From assembly GCA_963665845.2 (NCBI GenBank), contig OY762492.1, positions 2,784,001 through 2,848,000 on the forward strand: a DNA stretch of 64,000 nucleotides. Reading direction: 5' to 3'. Positions 47,979-57,902 of the stretch are shown one piece after another (the stretch's first letter is position 1; every line of letters begins with the position of its first letter). The notes beneath the pieces were generated by a model that was not told the DNA's origin, ran no database searches, and saw only the letters and a list, made by a program, of their open reading frames with translations. The stretch comes from Candidatus Poribacteria bacterium (lineage in GTDB: Bacteria > Poribacteria > WGA-4E > GCA-2687025). The translations under genes and the position numbers were made by a program.

Positions 47979-49397
47979 TCACGCCTCCTTTTTCTTTTCG
48001 CCGACGATGCGTTCCTTGAGCCGCTCGGCGAATTGGTCGACGGCGCGGTCTATTTTGCGGTAGATCGGCGTCTTATTAGCGGCGGACGCAAACAGATTAT
48101 GCAGCGAATGGGAAACCGCCGTGACCCAGAAGGCGCGCCAAAGCGACGTTGGATACCAGCGGACAAACGGATAACCGAGATAGACGCCGCCGGGTATGCC
48201 CGCCCCGACCCCCTTTCCGACATGATCAACATAATGCGCCCATGCGAAGAGCGCCGCCGAGACGATGAACTGCGTCCCGGCGCTGAATCCCGCCGCGCTC
48301 AACAATCCGATCGGAAGAGCCTGAAAAAAGAGCGTTTCGCCGATGGGCGCGAACACCATCGGCAAGTAAAACGCTTTGTCATGGGTGAATTCGATCTCTT
48401 CCTTATGATCGTCGTTCGGTTTTTCGTCCGTATCGTCTCCGTTTTTACGATCTTTTTTCGGCTTGTCATCCGTTTCGGCGCTGTCTTTTGTCTCATTTTT
48501 CGGTTTTTTGTCTCGCTTCGGCTTTGTTTGATCTCCGAGGAACGCCACTGCAAAATTCGCCAAAAACCAAAACGGAACCGAAGCGGCGGACCCCTCCAGC
48601 GAAATCAGCAAACAGAATTGCCAGGGTCCGTATTCCGCATACCGCCCCTGAAACCATTCGACGATCCAGCCGCCGGCGCCGCTCCATATGCATAGCCCGG
48701 CGACGAGAACCGCCGCCGTGAACGATCTCCACCGCTTCACCGCCTCTATCGGCGCCATGATGAGCATCGCAACGGAGCCGACGCCCGACAAAAAGAGCGC
48801 GCGAACCGTCGTGTATTGAAAAACGGCGAAAACAAGCGTCGTCATGCCTATAGCCAGCAGCCATGACGAAGCCGCCCAGTGCGCAAAAGCGAACCCGATG
48901 TAGAGAGAGGGCGCGATCATCAATAGAAACGTCAACTTCTGGGATTTCGCCGCTGTGAAGCAGCAAGCGGCGGCGAGCGCCTGCGTTCCCATACCGCAGC
49001 CCGCCAGTTTCATGACCAGAACCGGCGCCGCATGGTAGAGCAGCGCGGATTGAATTGGATCGATCAGGATTTTGCGGACGAGGCTTTTCTTTTTCTTTAG
49101 GCTTTTCGGATCCTCAGGCGCCTTTCGCAGCTTGTTAAGGATGACGACCGAAAGGGATATCACGGCGACGACAGCAAACCGCTCTAAAGAAATGAGCGCC
49201 AAGAGCGTCAACGGCGAAAATCGTTCATACCGCCGAAGCCATCCGACCGCCCATTCATGCTGATTGGCGGCGCCGTCTAGGGCGTACAAAACCGCCATGG
49301 CGGCGAGGGCCGCGGCGGTTCGAAGGATGATATTGCGCGTTTTTTGGCGCGGCTGCGTCTCGTTTTCGGGAGATTCAGCCGCCATCGGCTCGCTCAT
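47979..49397 (-). CDS. CPBP/CAAX-protease-like intramembrane protein with internal duplication
   Basis: APIGETLFFQ, SAALFAWAH, SHSLHN motifs in the C-terminal half; many TM helices. Confidence 0.72.
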   Translation of the reverse strand: MSEPMAAESPENETQPRQKTRNIILRTAAALAAMAVLYALDGAANQHEWAVGWLRRYERFSPLTLLALISLERFAVVAVISLSVVILNKLRKAPEDPKSLKKKKSLVRKILIDPIQSALLYHAAPVLVMKLAGCGMGTQALAAACCFTAAKSQKLTFLLMIAPSLYIGFAFAHWAASSWLLAIGMTTLVFAVFQYTTVRALFLSGVGSVAMLIMAPIEAVKRWRSFTAAVLVAGLCIWSGAGGWIVEWFQGRYAEYGPWQFCLLISLEGSAASVPFWFLANFAVAFLGDQTKPKRDKKPKNETKDSAETDDKPKKDRKNGDDTDEKPNDDHKEEIEFTHDKAFYLPMVFAPIGETLFFQALPIGLLSAAGFSAGTQFIVSAALFAWAHYVDHVGKGVGAGIPGGVYLGYPFVRWYPTSLWRAFWVTAVSHSLHNLFASAANKTPIYRKIDRAVDQFAERLKERIVGEKKKEA

Positions 49398-49519
49398 ATG
49401 TAGTAATTTTCGGATGCGCCGTGCGTATTGTTCAGGTCATTATGGCGCCGAACAGGCTGCAGATCAAGCGGAATGGACGGCGTATAGTACACTCATACAG
49501 GGCTATTCGCGGCGCCGCG

Positions 49520-49613
49520 TCCGATTCCCCCCTTGAAAAGGGGGGCTAGGGGGGTTTCCGCGGGCGCGGACAGCGCCTGCGGCGCCTAAGATTCCCGCTT
49601 GCGCGGGAATGAC
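49520..49613. repeat. B-A composite (reverse orientation); equivalent A-B at 57752-57848
   Basis: gattccccccttgaaaaggggggctagggggg...agattcccgcttgcgcgggaatgac. Confidence 0.85.
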
Positions 49614-49738
49614 GCGGAGGAGCGCGAGATGACGGTCAGGTTGGGGGAGCCTTTTCCCAATAACAACGGCGGACGCTGCGTCTTGATTCATCGGGCGGAA
49701 GGCGCTACATTCAGACGCAAAAGCGGAGGCGATAAAAG

Positions 49739-50764
49739 ATGAAACAGCTGCCCCTTAAAATAGGCTTGATCGGATGCGGCGGAATCGTTCAGCGAATCCA
49801 TTCGCCGGCGTATATGAGCATGCCTGAACTGGCGGCCGTCCATGCGTTGTCCGATCCGAGCAAGGCGAGCCGTCAAGCGGTCGCGGAGCGGCATGATGTG
49901 CCGCCTGACCGGCAATACGCCGATTTCCGAGACATGCTCTCGGCGGGCGGGCTGGACGCGGTTGTCGTCGCGACGCCGCACTCGATGCATTGCGCGCAGG
50001 CTGTTGAGGCGTTGAAGGCGGGTGTCGCTGTCGTTTCGGAGAAGCCGATGGCGGTCTCGGTTGAGGAGGCGGACGCGATGATCGAAGCGGCGGAACGCGG
50101 AAAGGCGCCCTACGCGGTTTGCCATAACCTGCTCTTTTCCCCAGCGATGCGGGAGGCGTCTCGTCTTCTGGCGGACGCCGATTTTGGGGAACGCGGGTTA
50201 GGGCGTTCGCAATCAATCTTTTTGAAGCCGCCCGTCCTTGCCGAAAACGACTGGCGCGCGACGCGCAAAGCGGGAGGCGGCTGCCTCATCGATTCAGCCT
50301 ACCATGAGATTTACGCCGTGGAGGCGCTGATGGGTTCGCCCGTCCAGTATGTAGAGGCGCGCGTCAAGACCTCCTTTTATGAGATCGACGTGGACGACTT
50401 GGCGTTTCTGCTGCTTGAGCATGCGAACGGCGCCGTCTCGACCGTCTCCTCCACATGGCGCGCGCCGGCGTTTGGAACGGAAGGCGGGCGGTGGTGCGAG
50501 GTTCACGCGGAAGGCGGCTCGGTGAGAGTGTACCATCGAGAGAAGGCGCCGCTGTCGGTCTTCACGCGCGCCCGCGGCTGGCAAACGCCCATGGAAGCGC
50601 AGGCGGACGGGACGGGGCATACAGGTTTTTTCCGCGCGGCGTTTGAAGCGCTGGCAAATGGAGAAGCGGCGCCTGTTGACGCGCAGGCGGGGCGGCGTCA
50701 GCTGGCGGTCATAGAGGCGGCGCGCCGCGCCACATCGGAACGCAAAGCGGTGGAGATCAAATGA
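49739..50764 (+). CDS. Gfo/Idh/MocA-family oxidoreductase
   Basis: KIGLIGCGGI, VATPHSMH, SEKPMA, GGGCLIDSAYHE. Confidence 0.92.
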   Translation: MKQLPLKIGLIGCGGIVQRIHSPAYMSMPELAAVHALSDPSKASRQAVAERHDVPPDRQYADFRDMLSAGGLDAVVVATPHSMHCAQAVEALKAGVAVVSEKPMAVSVEEADAMIEAAERGKAPYAVCHNLLFSPAMREASRLLADADFGERGLGRSQSIFLKPPVLAENDWRATRKAGGGCLIDSAYHEIYAVEALMGSPVQYVEARVKTSFYEIDVDDLAFLLLEHANGAVSTVSSTWRAPAFGTEGGRWCEVHAEGGSVRVYHREKAPLSVFTRARGWQTPMEAQADGTGHTGFFRAAFEALANGEAAPVDAQAGRRQLAVIEAARRATSERKAVEIK

Positions 50765-51624
50765 TGCGACCTTATATAGACGTTCACGCGCATATCGGCA
50801 TGACGGTGTCGCGCAGCCCCGCCGTTGGTCAAACGGTCGGGCGGTATATGGGGCGGATGGCGTCCGCGGGCGTCATGGCGGCGGTCCTGTGTCCGACGGC
50901 GGGCGGTCCACAGGCGAACGGCGTCATGGACACGCGCCGCGAGCATGAGGCGGTCTCATCGGCGATGCGCGCCTTCCCTAATAGGTTTCCCGTCGGGCTT
51001 GGAATCGCGGAGGTTCGGCATGGAGAGGCGGGAGTCGACGAGCTGAAACGCGCCATGACGGAGGGCGGGTTGAGCGGTTTTATGTGCCATCCTGGGCTGT
51101 CGGGGCATTCTCTCGGCGCGGAGCTGCACCCGTTTTTGGAGGCGGCGGCGGTTCATTCCGGCCTCTGTCTTCTGCATCAGGCGGGGTCGACAGCGAATAT
51201 CGCGGCGTACGCGCGCCGTTTTCCGTCTGTCACGTTCATCATCGGGCATGTGTCGCTGAATCGAGGAGCGGCGCTGGACGCCGTGAACCATTGCGCCGAC
51301 CTGCCGAACGTATGGTACGACATCGCGCAGATGCCGCCGAACGCGGACGAGTCATGGGACCTGCGCCGTTTGCTGTCCGATCTGGACGGGGGGCGTTTGC
51401 TGTTCGGGAGCGACGCGCCGTATTACGATTTTCGGCTGACGCAGTCGCTCGTTGAGTCGTCCGACATCAGCGAGTCGTCCAAGGATGCTGTCGCCTTTGA
51501 AAACGCCGCCGCGCTCATTCGGCGGTTCGCGCCTGGATGGGAGCTGCCGACGGAGCCTGTCTCCCCGCCGCAGGTCTATACGGAGGAGGAGCTTTGGGCG
51601 GCGAAGGGGGCGCGGTTGTTGTGA
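50761..51624 (+). CDS. Amidohydrolase_2 family metallohydrolase
   Basis: IDVHAH, CHP, LLH, IIGH, LLFGSDAPY, ENAA. Confidence 0.88.
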   Translation: MMRPYIDVHAHIGMTVSRSPAVGQTVGRYMGRMASAGVMAAVLCPTAGGPQANGVMDTRREHEAVSSAMRAFPNRFPVGLGIAEVRHGEAGVDELKRAMTEGGLSGFMCHPGLSGHSLGAELHPFLEAAAVHSGLCLLHQAGSTANIAAYARRFPSVTFIIGHVSLNRGAALDAVNHCADLPNVWYDIAQMPPNADESWDLRRLLSDLDGGRLLFGSDAPYYDFRLTQSLVESSDISESSKDAVAFENAAALIRRFAPGWELPTEPVSPPQVYTEEELWAAKGARLL

Positions 51625-51700
51625 TTTAGAAAAGTTTGCCATGTCCGTCGATTCCCATTATGATATGGCTTGAACATTTTTTGGAAATTGAGAGAGTCCG

Positions 51701-53560
51701 ATGCCGCTAGAGCTGTATGATGTCAACCAATACAAGGTGCAAAGTTTGCTCTCCAAGATTGAGGAGGGCGAGATCGCCATACCTGAAATTCAACGCCCAT
51801 TTAAGTGGAGCGGGGCAAAGGTGCGCGATTTTATCGACTCGCTCTACCGCGGCTATCCGGTCGGCTACCTGATTGTCTGGAAGACAGAAGACGCGCGGTT
51901 GAAAGGCGGCGGGGCGTCGGGCGGGAAACTTATTTTGGTTGACGGTCAACAGCGTGTGACCGCTTTGAGAACGGCTTTGATCGGAAAGCGCATCCTTGAC
52001 GAGAACTATCAAGAGAAGCGCATTCAAATTGCATTTCATCCGGAAGACGAAAAGTTTGAGGTGGCAAATCCGGCAATCAAAAGAAATCCGGCGTGGATAT
52101 CGGATATCGGCGTTCTGTTTTCTTCGGAAAAGCGGGTTCGGCATTTGCTGAGCGAATATTGCGAGAAGAACCATATTGAGAGCGAAGCGAAAAAAGACGA
52201 GATTGACGACCGCTTGGAGCGTCTTGAATCGATCAAAAACAACCTGCTGGGTCTGATCGAATTGAAGAGCGGGCTGGACGTGGAAATCGTCACGGAAATT
52301 TTCATAAGGGTGAATTCGAAGGCAGTCGCGTTGAACGCTGCTGATTTCGCTATGTCGAAAATGGCGGCGAATGAAAAGTACGGCGGACATCAGCTTCGGA
52401 AATGCATCGATTATTTTTGTCATCTGGCGAGCCGTCCAGAAGCGTACGGAACTCTGGCTCGAGACGTTGATTTTGTAGAGACCGGTTACTTTCAGAAGAT
52501 GTCTTGGTTGAAAACTGAGATGGACGACATCTACGACCCTTCTTACACCGACATGCTGCGCGTCGCGTTCATGTCGGAGTTCAAGCGCGGCCGTTTGGCG
52601 GATTTGGTCGCGCTGCTGTCAGGGCGCGATTTTGAGACGCGCGAATATAAGGAGGAAAGCGCAGAAAAGTCGTTCGACCGGCTTAAAGAATCGGTCTTGC
52701 GTTATATGAATGAGGCGAACTTCAAAAGATTTATCGGCATCCTCCGCTCAGCAGGCATTGTGAAGAGTGCTATGGTCGGCTCCATGAACGCGGTCAATTT
52801 CGCATACGTTGTTTTTCTAACGCTTCGCGCGGGATCCGCGCATCATGAGGAGATTGAGGAATTGACGCGGCGGTGGTATGTCATGTCGGTTCTCACAAAC
52901 AGATATTCCGGCGGCCCAGTAGAGTCCGCTTTTGCGCAGGATATAGCGATGATTGACAGACTAAGCGCAAGAGCGAGTCTTGACCAAATTGAGGGGTCCG
53001 AACTGTCGGATGTCTTTTGGAACGTCAGTTTGCCGGGCCGCCTCAATGTGTCAGTTAAGACCAGCCCCTATTTCAAGGTGTTTTTGGCCAGTTTGGCGAA
53101 GGCTAACGACAAGGGCTTCCTGTCCCGCGACCACACGGTGCGCGATCTGCTGCTCGGCGATTCAGAAATTCATCATGTGTTCCCCAAAAGCTATCTTGCA
53201 AAAAGAGGCTATACAAAAGGGGTGTATAACCAGCTCGCCAACTACGTCGTCGTCCAGAGTGAAATCAACCGCGTCATCAGCGACACCCCGCCGACGGTCT
53301 ACTTCAAGGCGGCGCGGGAACAATGCAGCGCCCATGCGTCCATTGCGCTCGGTTCAAGGCCGCGGAAAATCTACGGGAGCATCGGGGACGCGGAGGAGCT
53401 GCGCGCCAATTACGAACAGCACTGCATCCCCTACGAAATTCTAGAGAATGCGAACGGCAGCTTGAAGGAACTCTACGACGATTTCTGCGAGGAGCGGCGG
53501 AAATTGATGGCGAAAAAGATGAGCGATTACTACCGCGGCTTAAGTTCCGCCGCCCCATGA
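51701..53560 (+). CDS. GmrSD-like DUF262 + DUF1524 (HNH) protein, putative type IV restriction enzyme
   Basis: IPEIQRPFKW, DGQQR, IFIRVNS; EIHHVFPK...NQLAN...EIN; more AT-rich than neighbours. Confidence 0.88.
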   Translation: MPLELYDVNQYKVQSLLSKIEEGEIAIPEIQRPFKWSGAKVRDFIDSLYRGYPVGYLIVWKTEDARLKGGGASGGKLILVDGQQRVTALRTALIGKRILDENYQEKRIQIAFHPEDEKFEVANPAIKRNPAWISDIGVLFSSEKRVRHLLSEYCEKNHIESEAKKDEIDDRLERLESIKNNLLGLIELKSGLDVEIVTEIFIRVNSKAVALNAADFAMSKMAANEKYGGHQLRKCIDYFCHLASRPEAYGTLARDVDFVETGYFQKMSWLKTEMDDIYDPSYTDMLRVAFMSEFKRGRLADLVALLSGRDFETREYKEESAEKSFDRLKESVLRYMNEANFKRFIGILRSAGIVKSAMVGSMNAVNFAYVVFLTLRAGSAHHEEIEELTRRWYVMSVLTNRYSGGPVESAFAQDIAMIDRLSARASLDQIEGSELSDVFWNVSLPGRLNVSVKTSPYFKVFLASLAKANDKGFLSRDHTVRDLLLGDSEIHHVFPKSYLAKRGYTKGVYNQLANYVVVQSEINRVISDTPPTVYFKAAREQCSAHASIALGSRPRKIYGSIGDAEELRANYEQHCIPYEILENANGSLKELYDDFCEERRKLMAKKMSDYYRGLSSAAP

Positions 53561-53567
53561 AACTCCC

Positions 53568-54806
53568 ATGAGCCTCCGCATCGAACAGGTCAGGGCGCAT
53601 GACCTGCGCTTTCCGCTGGCGCCGGGCGAAGGTTCAGACGCTGTTCACCGCGACCCTGTCTATTCGTACGCCGCCGCTGAATTGACAACGAACGGCGCCG
53701 ACCGCGGCGTCGGCCTCGCCTTCACCCTCGGCGGCGGGAACGATCTCGTATGCCGCGCTATCAAGCTCCTCGGCTCCGCGCTTGTCGGCGAAGAGATCGA
53801 GACGCTCATGGGCAGTTTCGGCGAGATGTCGCGCCGACTTGCCGACCATCCGCAGCTGCGCTGGCTCGGTCCGCATAAGGGGGTCGTTCATCTGGCGCTG
53901 GCGTCGCTGGCGAACGCCTGTTTCGACCTGTGGGCGAAAAGCCGCGGCGAACCGCTCTGGCGCCTGCTGTTGAGCTTGACGCCGGACGAACTGGTCTCGA
54001 CGCTGGACATGAGCTATCTTGAGGATGCGTTGACGCGCGAAGAGGCGGTTGAAATGCTGACCCGCGCGGAGCCGTCCCGCCCTGAACGCATGGCGGTTCT
54101 TGAACAGGGCTACCCAGGCTACGACACCTCCATCGGCTGGATCGGCTTTTCCGATTCGGAGATACGCGAGCGGGTCGCCGAGGCGCTGGAGCGCGGCTTT
54201 CAGGCGGTGAAACTGAAGGTGGGCGCGGGGACGGAGCAGGACATTCGGCGCGCCTATCTTGTCCGCGAGTTGGCAGGCGAGGAGCGGCTTGTCATGCTGG
54301 ACGCGAACCAGTCATGGACGCTGCCGCAGGCGGTCGAGATGTGCGGCGAGCTGGCTGGCATGCGCCCCTACTGGATCGAAGAGCCGACGCATCCGGACGA
54401 TGTCGCGGCGCACCGCTCCTTAGTCGAGGCGATTGATCCGATGCGCGTCGCCGCGGGAGAACATCTTCCGCACCGCGTAGCGTTTAAAAACTTTCTCCAG
54501 CTCGGCGCCTTCCATTTCAATCAGGTTGATTGCGTTCGCGTCGCCGGGGTCGGCGAGTTCATCGCCGTCAGCCTCATGTCCAAGAAGTTCGGCGTCCCCG
54601 TCGTCCCGCATGTGGGCGACATGGGGCAGATCCATCAACATTTAACCCTGTTCAACCGTATCGCCGTCGGGCATGAGCGGCTGTTTTTGGAGCATATCCC
54701 GCACCTGCGCGAGCATTTTGAGCGTCCCGCGCAGGTTATGGACGGCGTTTATCTCACGCCTGAAGCGCCCGGCTCCAGCTCCGATTTAAAGGCGATGCCG
54801 CGCTAA
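53568..54806 (+). CDS. L-fuconate dehydratase (mandelate racemase/enolase superfamily)
   Basis: DLRFP...GSDAVH.DP.YS, QLRWLGP.KGVVHLA, KLKVG, MLDANQ, WIEEPT, AAGEH, LEHIPHL.EHF. Confidence 0.88.
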   Translation: MSLRIEQVRAHDLRFPLAPGEGSDAVHRDPVYSYAAAELTTNGADRGVGLAFTLGGGNDLVCRAIKLLGSALVGEEIETLMGSFGEMSRRLADHPQLRWLGPHKGVVHLALASLANACFDLWAKSRGEPLWRLLLSLTPDELVSTLDMSYLEDALTREEAVEMLTRAEPSRPERMAVLEQGYPGYDTSIGWIGFSDSEIRERVAEALERGFQAVKLKVGAGTEQDIRRAYLVRELAGEERLVMLDANQSWTLPQAVEMCGELAGMRPYWIEEPTHPDDVAAHRSLVEAIDPMRVAAGEHLPHRVAFKNFLQLGAFHFNQVDCVRVAGVGEFIAVSLMSKKFGVPVVPHVGDMGQIHQHLTLFNRIAVGHERLFLEHIPHLREHFERPAQVMDGVYLTPEAPGSSSDLKAMPR

Positions 54807-55888
54807 TCGGACAGCTGTAAAAACTGAACGCAAACAGGTTTCGGGATGTTCAAGCCGCTTCCCGTTGGGGTCAGCTCGCCTGTCTCTTGATCAATGCGAA
54901 AGCTGTACAGGTCGTCCGAGTTCTGATTCGCCGCGATCAAAAATTGCCCCGTCGGGTCGATGCCAAAGTTGCGCGGCGTGTCCCCCCGCGTCGATTCATG
55001 TTCAACCAACTGAACCGTCCCTTTTTCGCCGTCGATGCGGTAGACGGCGACGCTGTTATGTCCGCGGTTAGAGCCGTAGACAAAGCGCCCGTTCGGCGCG
55101 ACTCGCACTTCGGCGGTGTAATTCGTCCCGTCAAAACCGCTTGGAACTGTCTCGATGGTTTGAAGCAGCGTCAGCGCGCCGCTTTCGGCGTCCACGCTAA
55201 AGGCGTTCAGCGTCGAATCCAGCTCGTTGATGACATAAGCGAAGGCGCCGTCTGGACAAAAAGCGAAGTGGCGCGGACCTGCCCCAGGGCGCGTCTCGGC
55301 GTAGGGCGGATTGTTGGGCGGAATCTTTCCGTTTTCCAGATCCACGCTGTATATCAGTATCTTGTCGAGGCCCAGGTCCGCGGCGTAGGCGAAACGCCCG
55401 TTCGGATGAATGTTGATCGAATGGGCATGCGGCCCCTGCTGCCGACTCGGGTTGACGCTGGAGCCTGCGTGCTGGACGAAGTCGGAGGGCGGCGCCAGCG
55501 ACCCGTCCTCGTTGATCGGAAGAATGGAGACGCTCCCGCCGCTGTAGTTGGCGGCGAACGCATACCGCCCGTTCGGATGAATGGAGATATGGCACGGGCC
55601 GCGCCCGCCGGACGGCTGCGCATTCACCAACTCCAGCGCGGCGCTCTCTGGGTCGATGGCAAAGGCGGCGACGCCCCCCGTTTGCTGATTGTTGAAATCG
55701 CCGATCTCGGCGACAGCGTACAGATGCCGCCCGTCCGGATGAACGGCAAGGAAAGACGGGTTGCCGACCCCCTTGACAGCGGAGATTTGGCGCAATTCGC
55801 CGGTCGACATATCCAGCGCGCAAACGAAAATGCCGTTCTGGTCGGCGGGCGCGTAGGTTCCAATGAACGCGATCATGGCGGGCAGCAT
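54803..55888 (-). CDS. pgl: 6-phosphogluconolactonase / lactonase family beta-propeller
   Basis: FIGTY, NPSFL, AANYSGGS, RQQGPHAH, GAGPRH, GSNRGHNS, PRNF. Confidence 0.88.
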   Translation of the reverse strand: MLPAMIAFIGTYAPADQNGIFVCALDMSTGELRQISAVKGVGNPSFLAVHPDGRHLYAVAEIGDFNNQQTGGVAAFAIDPESAALELVNAQPSGGRGPCHISIHPNGRYAFAANYSGGSVSILPINEDGSLAPPSDFVQHAGSSVNPSRQQGPHAHSINIHPNGRFAYAADLGLDKILIYSVDLENGKIPPNNPPYAETRPGAGPRHFAFCPDGAFAYVINELDSTLNAFSVDAESGALTLLQTIETVPSGFDGTNYTAEVRVAPNGRFVYGSNRGHNSVAVYRIDGEKGTVQLVEHESTRGDTPRNFGIDPTGQFLIAANQNSDDLYSFRIDQETGELTPTGSGLNIPKPVCVQFLQLSD

Positions 55889-55964
55889 AGCTCCTCTTTC
55901 GGTTGAAGTTGAGTTATGTTATCCGTTCGCGCCGTCCATGTCATCCCCGCCTATTTCCCCCTCG

Positions 55965-56054
55965 GTCATTCCCGCGCAATCGGGAATCCAGAGGCGCCGC
56001 AGACGGCGTCCGCGTTCGCCAAGCGGAATGTCCCAACTAAAGCGGTAAGGTCAG
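55965..56054. repeat. Family A palindrome plus the right end of a family D element
   Basis: gtcattcccgcgcaatcgggaatcc...tgtcccaactaaagcggtaaggtcag. Confidence 0.75.
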
Positions 56055-56129
56055 AGACGCGCGCTGTTGAACTCCCGCGCCGTATCGGTTAGCCTTAACC
56101 CGTTGCTTTGATCATGAGAGAGGGAGAGA

Positions 56130-56948
56130 ATGTTTACAGAAGAGCAGCGGGCGCATTTTCATGAACGCGGATATGCGCATATCGGAAAGGTATGGTCGGA
56201 CGAGCGGTTCGCGCAGCTTCGCCGGCGGTGTACCGACATCACGCAGGGGCGCGTGCTTCATCCGTCCATGTGGTTTCAAAAGGACATCGGCGGAGACGAG
56301 TATAAACTGGCGCCCGGCGGCAAGTTTCAAGGACCCTCGGACAACTACCGAAAAATCGAAGGCTGGGAGGTGGACCCGGTCTTTTTGGCATACATGCAAG
56401 ACCCGATCTTTCGCGGCATCACGCGCGAATGGATCGGCGGCAGCGTGTCGATCTACCGCGCCATGTTCATGAACAAGCCGCCGAACAAAGGCACCGTCCT
56501 GCCGTACCACCAGGACGGCGGCGACGGCTGGCGCCTGTCCAGCGCCGCGGAGCGCGATTTTCTCACCATCTGGACGGCGGTTGACGACGCGGCCGTCGCG
56601 AACGGCTGCGTCGAAGTGGTTCCCGGAAGCCACAAACTCGGTCTGCTTTCCAAACGCGGGCATACGATCTCCAAAGAGCATGAATCGAAACATGCGGAGA
56701 ACGCCGACTCGGTCTTCTTGGAGCTGAAAGCGGGCGAGGTCGTTGTCCTGCATAACTTCCTGCTGCACCGCTCTGGGGTGAACGAGACGCCGAATTCGCG
56801 GCGCGGATTCAGCGTTTGCTACATCAACGGCGCGATTCATCGGACGAACGACCCGCAGAAGAAGCCGTTCCCGCGCGTCTTTGGACCGGACGCCCTGAAG
56901 GTGGAAGACGCCGAGGCGCGTATGGCGGAAGCTGCCGAGAGCGCATGA
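56130..56948 (+). CDS. PhyH-family 2OG-Fe(II) oxygenase
   Basis: KPP..G..LPYHQD, NGCVEVVPGSH, LLHRSGVN...RR. Confidence 0.92.
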   Translation: MFTEEQRAHFHERGYAHIGKVWSDERFAQLRRRCTDITQGRVLHPSMWFQKDIGGDEYKLAPGGKFQGPSDNYRKIEGWEVDPVFLAYMQDPIFRGITREWIGGSVSIYRAMFMNKPPNKGTVLPYHQDGGDGWRLSSAAERDFLTIWTAVDDAAVANGCVEVVPGSHKLGLLSKRGHTISKEHESKHAENADSVFLELKAGEVVVLHNFLLHRSGVNETPNSRRGFSVCYINGAIHRTNDPQKKPFPRVFGPDALKVEDAEARMAEAAESA

Positions 56949-56980
56949 ACTGAACAGCGCGAAGCGTTGGTCGGCGCGCG

Positions 56981-57610
56981 TCAAGCGCGTTTATGTCGGA
57001 GAAACCAGGCGTACAGCTCTGGGTTGTCGTAGGTTTCCGTCCAGGAGTCATGCCCCGCTTCGGGATAGACGGTCAGCTGGACGTTTCCGCCCGCCTGTTT
57101 CACCGCGTCGACCATCGCCTCGCTGCGTTCCAGGGGGACGACTTCGTCCTTCGCGCCGTGGAACGCCCAGATAGGCAGGTTGATCAGTTTCAGGGCGGTT
57201 TCAGGGTCGCCGCCTCCGCAGATGGGAGCGGCGGCGGCAAAGGTTTCCGGCGACTGCGCCGCCAAAGCCCATGTACCATACCCGCCCATGCTCAGCCCCG
57301 TCAGATAGACGCGGTCGGGATCAACGGGATGCTGCGCCTTGATCGCGTCCAGCAGCGCCGACAGCTCCGTCAAATGCGCCGTCCACCAGCTTTCGGCGGG
57401 GCATTGGGGCGAGACGGCGATGTACGGCAGATCGCCGCCCTGCGCCGCCCGCTTCGCTATCCCATGTTTCAAAACGGCGGACAGATCGTCTCCCCGCTCT
57501 CCCGCTCCGTGTAGAAAAAGTATGAGGGGTATCGGCGCCTCAATCCGCTTCGGGCAATACAGCAGAAAGCGGAGCGCGCAGCCGTCTATTTTTTCTTCGG
57601 TTTGAGCCAT
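56981..57610 (-). CDS. Alpha/beta hydrolase (phospholipase/carboxylesterase-like)
   Basis: LFLHGAGERG, TGLSMGGYGTW, FHGAKDEVVP, GHDSW. Confidence 0.92.
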   Translation of the reverse strand: MAQTEEKIDGCALRFLLYCPKRIEAPIPLILFLHGAGERGDDLSAVLKHGIAKRAAQGGDLPYIAVSPQCPAESWWTAHLTELSALLDAIKAQHPVDPDRVYLTGLSMGGYGTWALAAQSPETFAAAAPICGGGDPETALKLINLPIWAFHGAKDEVVPLERSEAMVDAVKQAGGNVQLTVYPEAGHDSWTETYDNPELYAWFLRHKRA

Positions 57611-57902
57611 GACATCTTTCTTTACTTTAGAGGATTCTCCCCGCTAAGATACTCAAGAACGGGACGGAACGCAACCCGTAAAGGCGGAAGGGCGGTACGC
57701 CCATGCGGAGATATTCATTTTCACCTTAAAGCGTTCGCGCCGCCTGTCGCTGTCATTCCCGCGTAAGCGGGAATCTTAAAGCATCGCAGCCGCCGCGCCC
57801 GTCCTTTAAACCCCCCTAACCCCCCTTTTCAAGGGGGGAATCGGACGCGGCGCCGCGAATATCCTGTATGAACGTACTGCCAGGCGGAAGGGGCTGATCA
57901 GT

